DNA from: a candidate division WOR-3 bacterium
Lineage (GTDB): Bacteria > Hydrothermota > Tepidihabitantia > Tepidihabitantales > Tepidihabitantaceae
Direction: 5' to 3'
Length of the DNA: 64,000 nt
NCBI GenBank assembly: GCA_037441285.1
Contig: JBBISL010000003.1
Span: forward strand, 10,491 to 74,490
Within the stretch, counting starts at the first letter, position 1. Each line of letters starts with the position of its first letter. Made by a program: the position numbers and the translations under genes. Below the pieces are notes generated by a model that made no database searches, was not told the origin of the DNA, and worked only from the letters and a program-made list of their open reading frames with translations. Below, in pieces: positions 45,813-56,337 of this stretch.

Positions 45813-47579
45813 TTGATGCGTTGTTTAACCTTCTTCTTTTTCCCGGTGCTGGTCTGGGCGCAGTTAAACTATCTGCCAGCCAGTAACGGTTTTTACAATA
45901 ATCCGGCACTTGAAGAAGGGCGGACCGAACTTGAGTTTGCCGACATCAACAATGATGGCAATGTTGACATCCTTTCGATTGGGGACCACGGCAGTCCTTA
46001 TGTTAACACTCAGGAGCACGGAGTTATGGTCTGGTTCGGTGATGGCGAGGGCAACTGGTCGCTCTATCAGTACGGAAATTTTGGTTACGGCGGGATTGCG
46101 GTGGGCGATGCGAACTGGGATGGAAACTGGGATGTTGGTTACGGGATGCATCACAACTATTCCGGGGAAGACTTGGGCGATGATATGCTGGAGGTGGCAT
46201 TAGGTGATGGAACGGGCAGGATGTGGTATGCCTGGGATGACAGTCTGGTGCGGGGTGGCACGGTCTGGGGGATGTTTAATACCGACTTTGCCGATGTTAA
46301 CCACGATGGACTCTTGGATGTGGGTGCGTGTTCGTTTGGTTACGGTGTTGGTTTGCGGGTTTTTCTCAATCTTGGTAATGGTACCTGGCGGAAAAGTTTT
46401 GGTTTACCGGAAAGCAGTAACTGTGATATGGAGTTTTATTTCCGGGATGTTAATCGGGATGGCAACCTTGATATCATCTGTGCGGTTGCTGGTCCAGCGG
46501 TCTATTTTGGTGACGGAACCGGTAACTTTTATCCAGGTGATTCGGGACTGCCACGCTCCAATTACGGGTTGTCAGGGATTTCCCCGGGTGATGTTGATAA
46601 CGATGGCGGAGATGACATTGCGTTCGTGAATAATAGCAGTGGGATAGAGGTATGGCGCTGGAATAGTACGCTGCGGGTCTGGCAGAACTTTTCCGGAAAT
46701 CTTCCTGTCACCGACTCTTTTTATGCAACGCAACTGGTTGATATGAACCGGGATGGGTTTGTAGACCTTTTGGGGTTACAGAAATGGGCGGTCAAAATCT
46801 GGGCGGGTGATGGTCAGGGGAACTGGACCGAGATGGCTAATGTGCCCCTTAATCGGGTAACAGATTATGGGGCATTTCGGGCTGGAGCCGATTTTGACCA
46901 TAATGGCTATCCCGACTTTGCAGTGGTTGTTGAGCAGGGGACCTGGCCCAGTTATAAAAACTATGCCTATGCCTTTCGAGAGTCGAGTCCCAGGGAGAGT
47001 TTACGAATTTTCCCGGTGTTTCCTCGGGGTGGTGAAAGATTCTGGCAGGGTACGGTGCAGTTTATTGACTGGTGGAGCGAAGCGCCCGGGGCTGAGTCAA
47101 GTCGGGTGAGACTGGAACTTTCCACAACCGGTTCAGGCGGACCCTGGAGGTTGATTGCCGACAGTTTGCCCAATGCCGGCAGGTTTCAGTGGCTGGTGCC
47201 AGAAAGCATCAGTTCCAATAACTGCTTCATAAAATATACGGTATTCAAGGCGGGCGAAGCGTACGCGGCGGTTACGGCTCGTCCTTTCTTCATCGGAGAT
47301 CCGACCGGCATAGAACAAAGGTCGGTTTTAATTACGGTTGGCGAAGGGATAAAAATCCGGTCCAATCCAGTAAACAGGTATATACGGGTCGAGTTCGGTT
47401 CTGCGGTTGCGGCCGGAAAAAAGGTAATGTTGTGCGACCACAGTGGTCGAGTAATCAAAGAATTTACCGTTTCGGCAGGCAGGCCCGAGACGACGCTTGA
47501 CATCAGGGAGTTGGGTGCCGGAGTCTATTTTGTCAATGTTGAAGGCACCAGACCTGCCAAGTTTGTTGTCGTAAAATAG
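45813..47579 (+). CDS. Secreted seven-bladed FG-GAP beta-propeller protein with a Por/T9SS C-terminal sorting domain
   Basis: Seven DxNxDGxxD Ca-binding FG-GAP repeats (for example DINNDGNVDIL and DVNRDGNLDII). The C-terminus is GAGVYFVNVEGTRPAKFVVVK. Confidence 0.7.
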   Translation: MMRCLTFFFFPVLVWAQLNYLPASNGFYNNPALEEGRTELEFADINNDGNVDILSIGDHGSPYVNTQEHGVMVWFGDGEGNWSLYQYGNFGYGGIAVGDANWDGNWDVGYGMHHNYSGEDLGDDMLEVALGDGTGRMWYAWDDSLVRGGTVWGMFNTDFADVNHDGLLDVGACSFGYGVGLRVFLNLGNGTWRKSFGLPESSNCDMEFYFRDVNRDGNLDIICAVAGPAVYFGDGTGNFYPGDSGLPRSNYGLSGISPGDVDNDGGDDIAFVNNSSGIEVWRWNSTLRVWQNFSGNLPVTDSFYATQLVDMNRDGFVDLLGLQKWAVKIWAGDGQGNWTEMANVPLNRVTDYGAFRAGADFDHNGYPDFAVVVEQGTWPSYKNYAYAFRESSPRESLRIFPVFPRGGERFWQGTVQFIDWWSEAPGAESSRVRLELSTTGSGGPWRLIADSLPNAGRFQWLVPESISSNNCFIKYTVFKAGEAYAAVTARPFFIGDPTGIEQRSVLITVGEGIKIRSNPVNRYIRVEFGSAVAAGKKVMLCDHSGRVIKEFTVSAGRPETTLDIRELGAGVYFVNVEGTRPAKFVVVK

Positions 47580-47593
47580 TAAAAGGAGGAAGT

Positions 47594-48442
47594 ATGCAAA
47601 AAATGTTCGTGCTAACGCTCGGGCTGCTTTTTATCCTGGGCGCAGTGGGCTGTCACAAACAGGATGTGGAGAAGGACAAGGCGGCGATAAAAGCGCTGGT
47701 TGAGCAGGATACGGTGCACTTTTCCGCCAGCACGAGCCATGATTCCACTTCTGGTGGGGGTTATTTTACCGCCGGTGATACCGCGGTTTTCTGGTGGCGG
47801 GGACCCCAGACGCACGATCAACCGGTAATTGATGTTAAAATCGTGGAAGATTCAGCCTATGTTCAATGGTCAAGGCACAACTTTGGGGAAATTCACATAC
47901 TCGTCCAGCCGCCGGACACCAGTCTGCTACTCTGGAATAAACCACTGAAAGAAACTGCACGCCTCTGTGCAATATTTAAACGGGAAGGAAAAGAGACCGA
48001 CACCGACCGGGGTTGGCGTTTGAAGAAAATTTCGCTTGCCATTGGAGCGTCTGACTCAGTCCAGACGGTGCGAATTGATTCGTTCCGGGTGCAGAGTTCG
48101 TTGCGGGAACTGGTGGTCAAAGACCCGTTAGGAACATTTTTCCCGATTGATAGTCTGTTTTCCTTTACCCCAGGTGAACAGGTTACGGTTACCCTATACA
48201 CCAACGCTACTGATGGATTGGCGTTTTTGCACACCTTTGTTCTAATCTGGCCCTTCTATATCAGGGTGCCGTTCAATTATCTGGGCGATGGTGTATTCCA
48301 GGGAACCTGGCAGGCGCAACTTGTGCCAACCTTCCGGTTTGCGATTTTTGACCTGATGCCCCGCTCGGTTATTTATTCGCCCGACTATCCCTATGACTTT
48401 CACGGCTGGCTTTTCTGTTATCAGGTGAAGACTGCGGAGTAA
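47594..48442 (+). CDS. Hypothetical lipoprotein
   Basis: 282 aa with lipobox LGAVGC. Confidence 0.5.
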   Translation: MQKMFVLTLGLLFILGAVGCHKQDVEKDKAAIKALVEQDTVHFSASTSHDSTSGGGYFTAGDTAVFWWRGPQTHDQPVIDVKIVEDSAYVQWSRHNFGEIHILVQPPDTSLLLWNKPLKETARLCAIFKREGKETDTDRGWRLKKISLAIGASDSVQTVRIDSFRVQSSLRELVVKDPLGTFFPIDSLFSFTPGEQVTVTLYTNATDGLAFLHTFVLIWPFYIRVPFNYLGDGVFQGTWQAQLVPTFRFAIFDLMPRSVIYSPDYPYDFHGWLFCYQVKTAE

Positions 48443-48458
48443 GGCATTGCACAGTTCT

Positions 48459-48491
48459 CGGGGGAGCCAATTCGGCTCCCCCTTTGTTTTT
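48459..48491 (+). terminator. Rho-independent terminator
   Basis: CGGGGGAGCC-AATT-GGCTCCCCC followed by TTTGTTTTT. Confidence 0.6.
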
Positions 48492-48618
48492 ACTCAAGAT
48501 GAGGAGGCTTTTTATAAATAACAGAGACAGAACATTCCGATTATAATTCTCAAACATACACTGCATTTGGGAAAGGGGTAAATTTCCCCATAGAACGGCG
48601 AACTTTTCTCCGATTTTA

Positions 48619-48646
48619 TTGACACGCGTGATGGGAAGGTTATAAT
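48619..48646 (+). promoter_or_regulatory. Near-consensus sigma-70 promoter for gdhA
   Basis: TTGACA at 48619-48624, a 16-nt spacer, then TATAAT at 48641-48646. Confidence 0.55.
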
Positions 48647-48678
48647 ACAACTCCGGTTGTTTACCCCGGAGAGCGTAA

Positions 48679-50070
<1,392 letters not shown>

Positions 50071-50086
50071 AAATAGCCTTACTCAA

Positions 50087-50120
50087 GGGTGCCTCGGTTA
50101 TTACAGGGGCACCCTTTTTA
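50087..50120 (+). terminator. Rho-independent terminator
   Basis: GGGTGCC...GGCACCC followed by TTTTT. Confidence 0.5.
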
Positions 50121-50216
50121 TTTCTTATTTTAAATCGGGTACCTGGTGCAAACTTGACTGGGCAATATTTCTTGGTAGAACTATTGAAGTGAAAATTAAT
50201 GGAAAAAGGAGGCGGA

Positions 50217-51311
50217 ATGCATTGTGAATTGGACCGTAATGTTCTGGCTGAGGTGCTAAACAGTATTGTCCAAATAATTCCGGCCAAAACCACATTCCCG
50301 ATATATCAGAATATTTTGCTGGAGGTGGCTGATGGAGAACTGGCAGTAACCGGTTCGGATGGTGATACGGCTCTTAAAAAGATGGTTCGACTGGAAGGGA
50401 AGAGCAGTGAAGGTGCAACGTTGGTGCGAGGCCGAGAGCTAAACACTTTAATCCAGGAAAGTACCGGTTCAACAGTTGTCCTGGAAGAGGACGGCAAGAC
50501 TTTGAAGGTTGCCTGCGGCCGGATGAAGGCGTCGTTTGTTCATTTCCCGCCAGAGGACTTTCCATCTTTTCCCACCCTGCCGGAAGACAACGAATTAGAG
50601 TTTCCTGCCACGGCGCTGTTTGAAATGTTCAACGGTTGTAATTTTGCCGTTAGCAAGGATGAAAACCGGCCGGCGCTGACGGGGATAAACTGGGAGATTT
50701 CTAAGAATGAGTCACGGATGGTTGCCACCGACAGTTTCCGGCTGGCGCTGATAAGTCGGAAGGTTAAATCGGCAGGTAAGGCAAAACTGCTGGTTAGCCC
50801 CAAGGTTTTTGCGCTATTACCCCAGGGCGTAGAAAAGGTTGTGGTGCGTTTTGACCCTAAGAACATAGGGTTTGTTGCCGAAAATACGATGCTGGTGACA
50901 AGAATGATTGAAGGGCCCTACCCTGATTACGAAAGGATTATCCCCAAGGATAATCCGCATAAGGCGGTTGTAAATCGGGATGGGTTGCTGGCGGTAGTGC
51001 GGCGCGGGGTAGTGATTTCCCAGGGAATCGGCAGGCCGATAGGCTTAGAGTTCCAGAACAATTCAATCACGATGCGAGCCGAAAATCCGGAACTGGGAAA
51101 GATTGAGGAACCACTGGATTGTCAATACGAAGGTGAAGAGATGCGAATCGGGTTTAATGGCAACTATTTCCTGGATATAATTAAACAAATTGCAACCGAA
51201 GAAGTCCGAATTGAATTTTCCAGTCCTATGGCACCGGTTTTCCTGAAACCAGCCGAGCAAAAACCGGATGGCGAAGACCTGTTCATTTTAATGCCAATTC
51301 GGCTCGAATAG
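50217..51311 (+). CDS. dnaN: DNA polymerase III beta subunit (sliding clamp)
   Basis: About 365 aa with the three-domain clamp pattern (NVLAEVLNSI...LEVADGELAVTGSDGD...ATDSFRLA...MPIRL). An RBS (AGGAGG) precedes ATG 50217. It is not adjacent to dnaA or recF. Confidence 0.85.
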   Translation: MHCELDRNVLAEVLNSIVQIIPAKTTFPIYQNILLEVADGELAVTGSDGDTALKKMVRLEGKSSEGATLVRGRELNTLIQESTGSTVVLEEDGKTLKVACGRMKASFVHFPPEDFPSFPTLPEDNELEFPATALFEMFNGCNFAVSKDENRPALTGINWEISKNESRMVATDSFRLALISRKVKSAGKAKLLVSPKVFALLPQGVEKVVVRFDPKNIGFVAENTMLVTRMIEGPYPDYERIIPKDNPHKAVVNRDGLLAVVRRGVVISQGIGRPIGLEFQNNSITMRAENPELGKIEEPLDCQYEGEEMRIGFNGNYFLDIIKQIATEEVRIEFSSPMAPVFLKPAEQKPDGEDLFILMPIRLE

Positions 51312-51317
51312 GTCTCG

Positions 51318-52160
51318 ATGAAATTGCCAATAATGGGTTTGGGGCGAAGTTCGGTTGCCTTTTTCTCTCTCTTTTTAATACTGCTGGTAATTACTGGCTG
51401 CCGTCGTCTTGACCCGAACTATTCGGAGCCAATGGTGAATGGTTATCTGTACCGGGGGGAGTATTACGACTATTCGGTTGAATATGAGCGCTATGTACAG
51501 GTGTTTGACCCAAGGGGTTTGCGGATGGTGCCGATTGTAACGCTGAATGAGGAGAGGCTGGATGTGTTGTCTTACAGCTGGACAAGGTATGAGTATGGCG
51601 ATACGATGGAGTTCAGCGTCAACTACCCTTACGAGCTACGGGTTGTGCATTACTGGGGTAACGCCCAATCCCGGGTAACGATGCCGGGAAACTTTTCGCT
51701 TACCAGTCCACCGGAAAGGTACATTCTGGATATGGATTCAACTTTGGTTATATCCTGGACCAGGTCGGAAGGAGCGGAGTGGTATTGGGTGGAACTTGAT
51801 GTTTCCTATGAGTATCGTGATACACTGGGCATTGAGAACGATTATGACCTGCGGCTCGATACGATGGTTCAGGACACATTTTTGATTGTTTCTCCGGGGA
51901 AAATTTTCCCCGGTTTCGTGGCGGATGTGATTGAAGGTGATGGGAGTGCAATGGTCTGGTCGGGTTGTGGTCCGGCGATAGAACCGGGAGACCAGGGAAA
52001 TGTTCGGGGTGCCGGATTTGGGTTTTTTAATGCGATAAATGAACCAAGAGAAAAGTATTTCTATGTTGGGGCACCAATTCAGGTTCGACGCTGTCCGGAT
52101 CGGCGCACAGTAACAAATCAGTTTCTTGAAAAACTGCGCAACCGGATTATGCCGTATTGA
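51318..52160 (+). CDS. Hypothetical lipoprotein
   Basis: 280 aa with lipobox LVITGC. Confidence 0.5.
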   Translation: MKLPIMGLGRSSVAFFSLFLILLVITGCRRLDPNYSEPMVNGYLYRGEYYDYSVEYERYVQVFDPRGLRMVPIVTLNEERLDVLSYSWTRYEYGDTMEFSVNYPYELRVVHYWGNAQSRVTMPGNFSLTSPPERYILDMDSTLVISWTRSEGAEWYWVELDVSYEYRDTLGIENDYDLRLDTMVQDTFLIVSPGKIFPGFVADVIEGDGSAMVWSGCGPAIEPGDQGNVRGAGFGFFNAINEPREKYFYVGAPIQVRRCPDRRTVTNQFLEKLRNRIMPY

Positions 52161-52268
52161 CATTTAAACCCCTTAAGGATATAATAATTCAGGTAGAAGA
52201 GAGATTATGGGAACGCGCTGGTCAGGTGTGCCCCTTTTGTCAGCGGAGCCAAAAGTACACGGGAAAAC

Positions 52269-52620
52269 GGGGGCGAATGGTCTCGACGGAGTGACTGAGG
52301 GGTTCAGGGGCATAGCGAGGTTCCTCTGTTGCCTCGTTAATACTAACAGAGGAACGACAGCTGCCAACAGCAGCTACGCACTGGCTGCCTAAAGCGGGTA
52401 GCCCCTTGCCCGACGAGTTTCACCCGGCGTCGGTGCAGGGTCGATAAGGGTGATTAAGGTCTTCGCGGTGCCTCAGCGTGATGACCGGATTACAACTGAG
52501 GCTGGTTGACCGTTGCCTGTCAATCGGCGAGACGGTCGATGAGAAAAAGTAGATTGACTAACTATGTAGAACCTGAACTCTGAACGCTTCGGACGCGGGT
52601 TCGATTCCCGCCGCCTCCAT
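52269..52620 (+). ncRNA. ssrA: Transfer-messenger RNA (tmRNA)
   Basis: The 5' GGGGGCG pairs with the 3' CGCCTCCA acceptor end, including the G3-U alanine identity pair. The T-arm is GGGTTCGATTCCC. The internal tag reading frame is ...GTTAANSSYALAA-stop. Confidence 0.9.
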
Positions 52621-52646
52621 TATAAACTGATTCGAACGAGCAAATA

Positions 52647-53238
52647 ATGGCAGAATCACATCAAACTAAAGGTCGAGGATATAGCCGCAAGCTTGCCGAG
52701 GAATTCTGTGCCCTTTCGCGCCGGATTCTTCGCGAGGCAAATATGGGTGTTCCCCGAAGTGAGTTCACCCGATTAGTGTTGAAGGAGTTTATGGATTTTT
52801 CGGGATGTGACCAGGTAGAGTTACGGGTTAATGAGGGGATAAGATATTACCGGGGACTGCTCAGCAAATGAACGGAGACCGATTTTAATTTTACTATTCA
52901 GACCCGAGACAAACCTGAGTCGAGTGAATTGTTCCGGGGTGTTGAGGAAGAGGCAGGTGATTTGCTTGAGTTCTACCGGGAACTTGTAAGAGGACAGTTT
53001 GATACCTCACAACCCTGCTTTACAAGCAACGGTGCCTTCTGGGTTAATGATACGGCAGTGCCGGTGACAATAAAAAAGATAGGTTTTTGTTATTGGTGGT
53101 GAGTTTCGTTCACTGGCGATTCTGTCATTTTCAGTAGCAGAAAACAGTCATGGGTTAGTTTTTCTGAAAAGTCGACAACCGAATTTTTTCCTAAATTACG
53201 AGGTTGAATTTTATCAGGGGGTAGCGCAAACCTTAGGG
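52647..53238 (+). pseudogene. Disrupted GAF-like sensor region of the histidine kinase (in-frame TGA at 52869-52871; +1 frameshift in a T5 run near 53084-53088)
   Basis: Three consecutive reading-frame segments translate into one contiguous sensor domain that continues directly into the kinase core ORF. Confidence 0.45.
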
Positions 53239-54393
53239 GTGGCGATTGCGGACCGGCAGGCACAAGCGGCCTTAAGAGAACGGGTAAAGGAGCTAACCTG
53301 TCTCTATTCTGTGGACAAAATTCTGGGCCGAGAAAAGATTGAGCCGGCAGTAGCGTTGAAGTCCGTTGCCGAGATACTACCGGCAGCCTGGCTTTATTCG
53401 GATATCGCTTCGGCGCGGATTGTTTTCGATGGCATTGAGTATGTTAACAAAGATTATCGTAGTGGTGTTGCGTGGCAGAGCGCCGATATTCTGGTGCGAG
53501 GTCAAAAACGAGGGGTTGTGGAGGTAAATTATTACGAAGAGCGACCGGCGCTCGATGAAGGACCATTTCTCAAAGAGGAAAGAAGTTTAATCGAGGCAAT
53601 CGCCCGAGAGCTTGGGATTTTTATTGAACGCTGGGAAGCGAAGCAGGAGAAATCACGGCTTGAATTACAGCTGCGGCATGCAGACCGGCTTGCCACCATT
53701 GGGCAACTGGCAGCGGGCGTCGCCCACGAATTGAATGAACCCCTGGCAAACATCCTGGGTTTTGCACAGCTTGCTTTGAAGGTGCCGGGGCTTTCCGAAC
53801 AGGCACAAAAAGATATTGAGCGAATTGTCCGAGCCGCATTGCACGCACGAGAAGTTGTTGGTAAACTGATGCTATTTGCTCGTCAGAAACCACCCAATCG
53901 GACCCGGGTGAACTTAAACGAACTGGTAACCGATGGCCTTTATTTCCTGCTCAGCCGGTGTGCCAAGGCGGGCATAGAAGTTGTGAAGGAGTTAAGCCCA
54001 AATTTGCCCGAGATACTTGCGGACCCTTCCCAGTTGCACCAGGTGCTGGTAAATCTTGTGGTCAACGCAATCCAGGCAATGCCCGGTGGTGGCAAACTGA
54101 CGATAGCCACCGCATCAAAAGACAGGAGTGTTGTTCTAAGTGTTGAAGATACCGGTATTGGTATGACCGAAGATGTAAAGAGACAGATTTTTGTGCCCTT
54201 CTTTACCACAAAACCACCTGGTGAAGGTACCGGGCTGGGGCTATCGGTTGCTCATGGAATTGTTACCGCTCATGGTGGTGAAATTATTGTAAAAAGCGAA
54301 CCTGGAAAAGGGAGCCGGTTTGATGTCGTCTTACCAATTGGTGGAGGGGCGCTCAACGAAAGCGAGGTTATTGATGAGTCAGGACAAAACTGA
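53239..54393 (+). CDS. Histidine kinase core (HisKA plus HATPase_c) of the sensor kinase
   Basis: H-box GVAHELNEPL, an N-box and the G-boxes GTGIGM / GTGLGL. Confidence 0.8.
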   Translation: MAIADRQAQAALRERVKELTCLYSVDKILGREKIEPAVALKSVAEILPAAWLYSDIASARIVFDGIEYVNKDYRSGVAWQSADILVRGQKRGVVEVNYYEERPALDEGPFLKEERSLIEAIARELGIFIERWEAKQEKSRLELQLRHADRLATIGQLAAGVAHELNEPLANILGFAQLALKVPGLSEQAQKDIERIVRAALHAREVVGKLMLFARQKPPNRTRVNLNELVTDGLYFLLSRCAKAGIEVVKELSPNLPEILADPSQLHQVLVNLVVNAIQAMPGGGKLTIATASKDRSVVLSVEDTGIGMTEDVKRQIFVPFFTTKPPGEGTGLGLSVAHGIVTAHGGEIIVKSEPGKGSRFDVVLPIGGGALNESEVIDESGQN

Positions 54394-55708
54394 GGCAACC
54401 CTATTAGTAGTTGATGATGTTCAGGATACGCTTGAGGTTCTGGAACGCAATTTAACGGCTGCGGGCTATAGAGTTTATACCGCTCTTAATGTTTCTGATG
54501 CTTTGAAGGTGCTGGAGGTTCATCCCGTAGACCTCGTGATAACAGACCTGAAGATGCCCGGAGCCAGTGGGCTTGACCTGGTAAGATTCGTCAGGGAGAA
54601 TTTTCGGGATACCGAGGTAATAGTAATCACCGGATATGCAACAGTGGAAAGTGCGGTCCAGGCGGTTAAAACCGGAGCCGAGGAGTATCTTGTTAAGCCG
54701 TTCACCGACGAGGAGTTGCTTAAAGCGGTGGGGCAGGTGCTGGAGAAATTAAGACTGCGCCGTAGCAGTCGAGTCGAGACGAAGTCGATACAGCGTTTCT
54801 ATCCTGGTTTAATCGGCGAATCTCGAGTTATGAAGCGCGTTTTTGCCACAATCGAACGGGCGGCAAAGGTTTCTGCAACCGTGTTGATAACCGGTGAAAG
54901 CGGCACGGGCAAGGAACTTGTTGCCCGGGCGATTCATTACTCAAGCAAACGGTCGTCGGCGCCATTTGTGCCTGTTAACTGTGGCGGCATTCCGGAAGGG
55001 TTATTGGAAAGTGAGTTGTTCGGTTATGTAAAAGGGGCGTTTACCGGCGCCAATGAGACTCGGGCTGGCTTCTTCCAGACCGCGGAAGGCGGGTCAATTT
55101 TTCTCGACGAAATCAGTGAGACCAGCCTTTCGATGCAGGTGAAACTTCTCCGGGTTCTGCAGGATAAAGAGGTGCGGATGGTTGGTGATACTAAAGCATA
55201 CAAGGTGGATGTGAGAATAATGGCGGCGACCATTAAGGATTTGTTGAATCTGGTTCAGAAAGGGGCGTTTCGTGAGGACCTGTTTTTCCGGTTGAATGTG
55301 CTGACAATAATGGTGCCACCGTTGCGGGAACGGGAAGACGACATTTTACTTCTTGCCAACCACTTTTTAGAAAAGTTTGCCCGGGAAATGGGACGAACCG
55401 TACCGAGATTTTCAGACGAGGCGCTCCAGATTTTGAGAAGGTATGAATGGCCCGGGAATGTTCGAGAACTGGAAAATTTGATTCAGCGCCTGCTGGTTAT
55501 GTGTGATTCGGACACGATTGATGTCCCTGATTTGCCTGCGCATATGCGTTTTTCATTAACAAGCGAGGTGAAGTTGAACCGAACGCTTGAAGAGGTGGAA
55601 AGGGATTATATTAAGCAGGTCCTATTAAGCGTCAATGGTAATATAACCAAAGCCGCGCAAATTCTTGGAATAGACCGAAAAATCCTGAGGAATAAAATAA
55701 AAGAATAG
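54374..55708 (+). CDS. Sigma-54-dependent response regulator (NtrC family: REC plus AAA+ plus Fis-type HTH)
   Basis: REC domain (LLVVDDVQDTL...D-LKMPG), Walker A GESGTGKE, the sigma-54-contacting GAFTGA motif and a C-terminal HTH. Its start overlaps the kinase end. Confidence 0.85.
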   Translation: MSQDKTEATLLVVDDVQDTLEVLERNLTAAGYRVYTALNVSDALKVLEVHPVDLVITDLKMPGASGLDLVRFVRENFRDTEVIVITGYATVESAVQAVKTGAEEYLVKPFTDEELLKAVGQVLEKLRLRRSSRVETKSIQRFYPGLIGESRVMKRVFATIERAAKVSATVLITGESGTGKELVARAIHYSSKRSSAPFVPVNCGGIPEGLLESELFGYVKGAFTGANETRAGFFQTAEGGSIFLDEISETSLSMQVKLLRVLQDKEVRMVGDTKAYKVDVRIMAATIKDLLNLVQKGAFREDLFFRLNVLTIMVPPLREREDDILLLANHFLEKFAREMGRTVPRFSDEALQILRRYEWPGNVRELENLIQRLLVMCDSDTIDVPDLPAHMRFSLTSEVKLNRTLEEVERDYIKQVLLSVNGNITKAAQILGIDRKILRNKIKE

Positions 55709-55858
55709 GGAAATTTTCCCCGCCGGGTATTTTTACCCCGATTTCGGCACTCATTGATACCAATGGGTGAGGTTTCAATTCAAAGTTTCGGACATTTAAC
55801 ACACACTGTTTCAAATAGTCAACAAAAGAACCAAATAAACGAAGGGATAGGTGCGCAA

Positions 55859-55874
55859 TGGTACAGGAGATGCT
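55859..55874 (+). promoter_or_regulatory. Sigma-54 (-24/-12) promoter
   Basis: TGGTAC-N4-ATGCT, with GG and GC separated by 10 nt. It lies about 85 nt upstream of the 55959 start codon and immediately downstream of the sigma-54 activator gene. Confidence 0.5.
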
Positions 55875-55958
55875 ATGTATTGTTTTAGGGGAATAAGGGA
55901 GAGAAATGGATAGGGTGGTAATTGTAGTAAAAAATCGAAAACCTTAAGGAGGTAGAAT

Positions 55959-56309
55959 ATGGCAGTTATAACTAAAACAAAGAGAACATCGGAAAGGAAA
56001 GCAAAACAAAGAAAACAGGCGACAGTAAAGGAAAAGGAAGCTGTTGTCAGCGGGTTGTGTCTAACCTGCAATCATAAAAAAACCTGTGCTTTCCGGTATA
56101 ATCAAACGCAGCCGGTAGTTTTTTGTGAAGAGTTTGAGTCTTTTGTTCCGACGGTTGAGGAGGAGGTGGTTTCAGAGCCGGTACCGACGCCGGAGGATAT
56201 GCGGGAGTGGGATGAGTACAAAGGGCTCTGCGCCAACTGCGAGAATCGGAAAGAGTGTGCAATTCGTAACAGCGAGATTGGTGTCTGGCACTGTGAAGAG
56301 TATCAGTAA
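55959..56309 (+). CDS. Small protein with a tandem Cys-rich repeat (two CxxCx5C...CEE[FY] modules), probable metal-binding
   Basis: The two repeats are GLCLTCNHKKTCAFRYNQTQPVVFCEEF and GLCANCENRKECAIRNSEIGVWHCEEY. A Lys-rich N-terminus precedes them. Confidence 0.5.
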   Translation: MAVITKTKRTSERKAKQRKQATVKEKEAVVSGLCLTCNHKKTCAFRYNQTQPVVFCEEFESFVPTVEEEVVSEPVPTPEDMREWDEYKGLCANCENRKECAIRNSEIGVWHCEEYQ

Positions 56310-56337
56310 CTTTGAAAAGTTAACAGGAGGATAAAAA

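Noticed and set aside
52869-52871. In-frame TGA in the sensor kinase as a possible selenocysteine or recoded codon
   Set aside because: Other genes in the window use TGA as a true stop (for example dnaX). The position is not a redox-active site, I saw no SECIS-like hairpin, and it is accompanied by a separate frameshift. A nonsense lesion or sequencing error is more likely.
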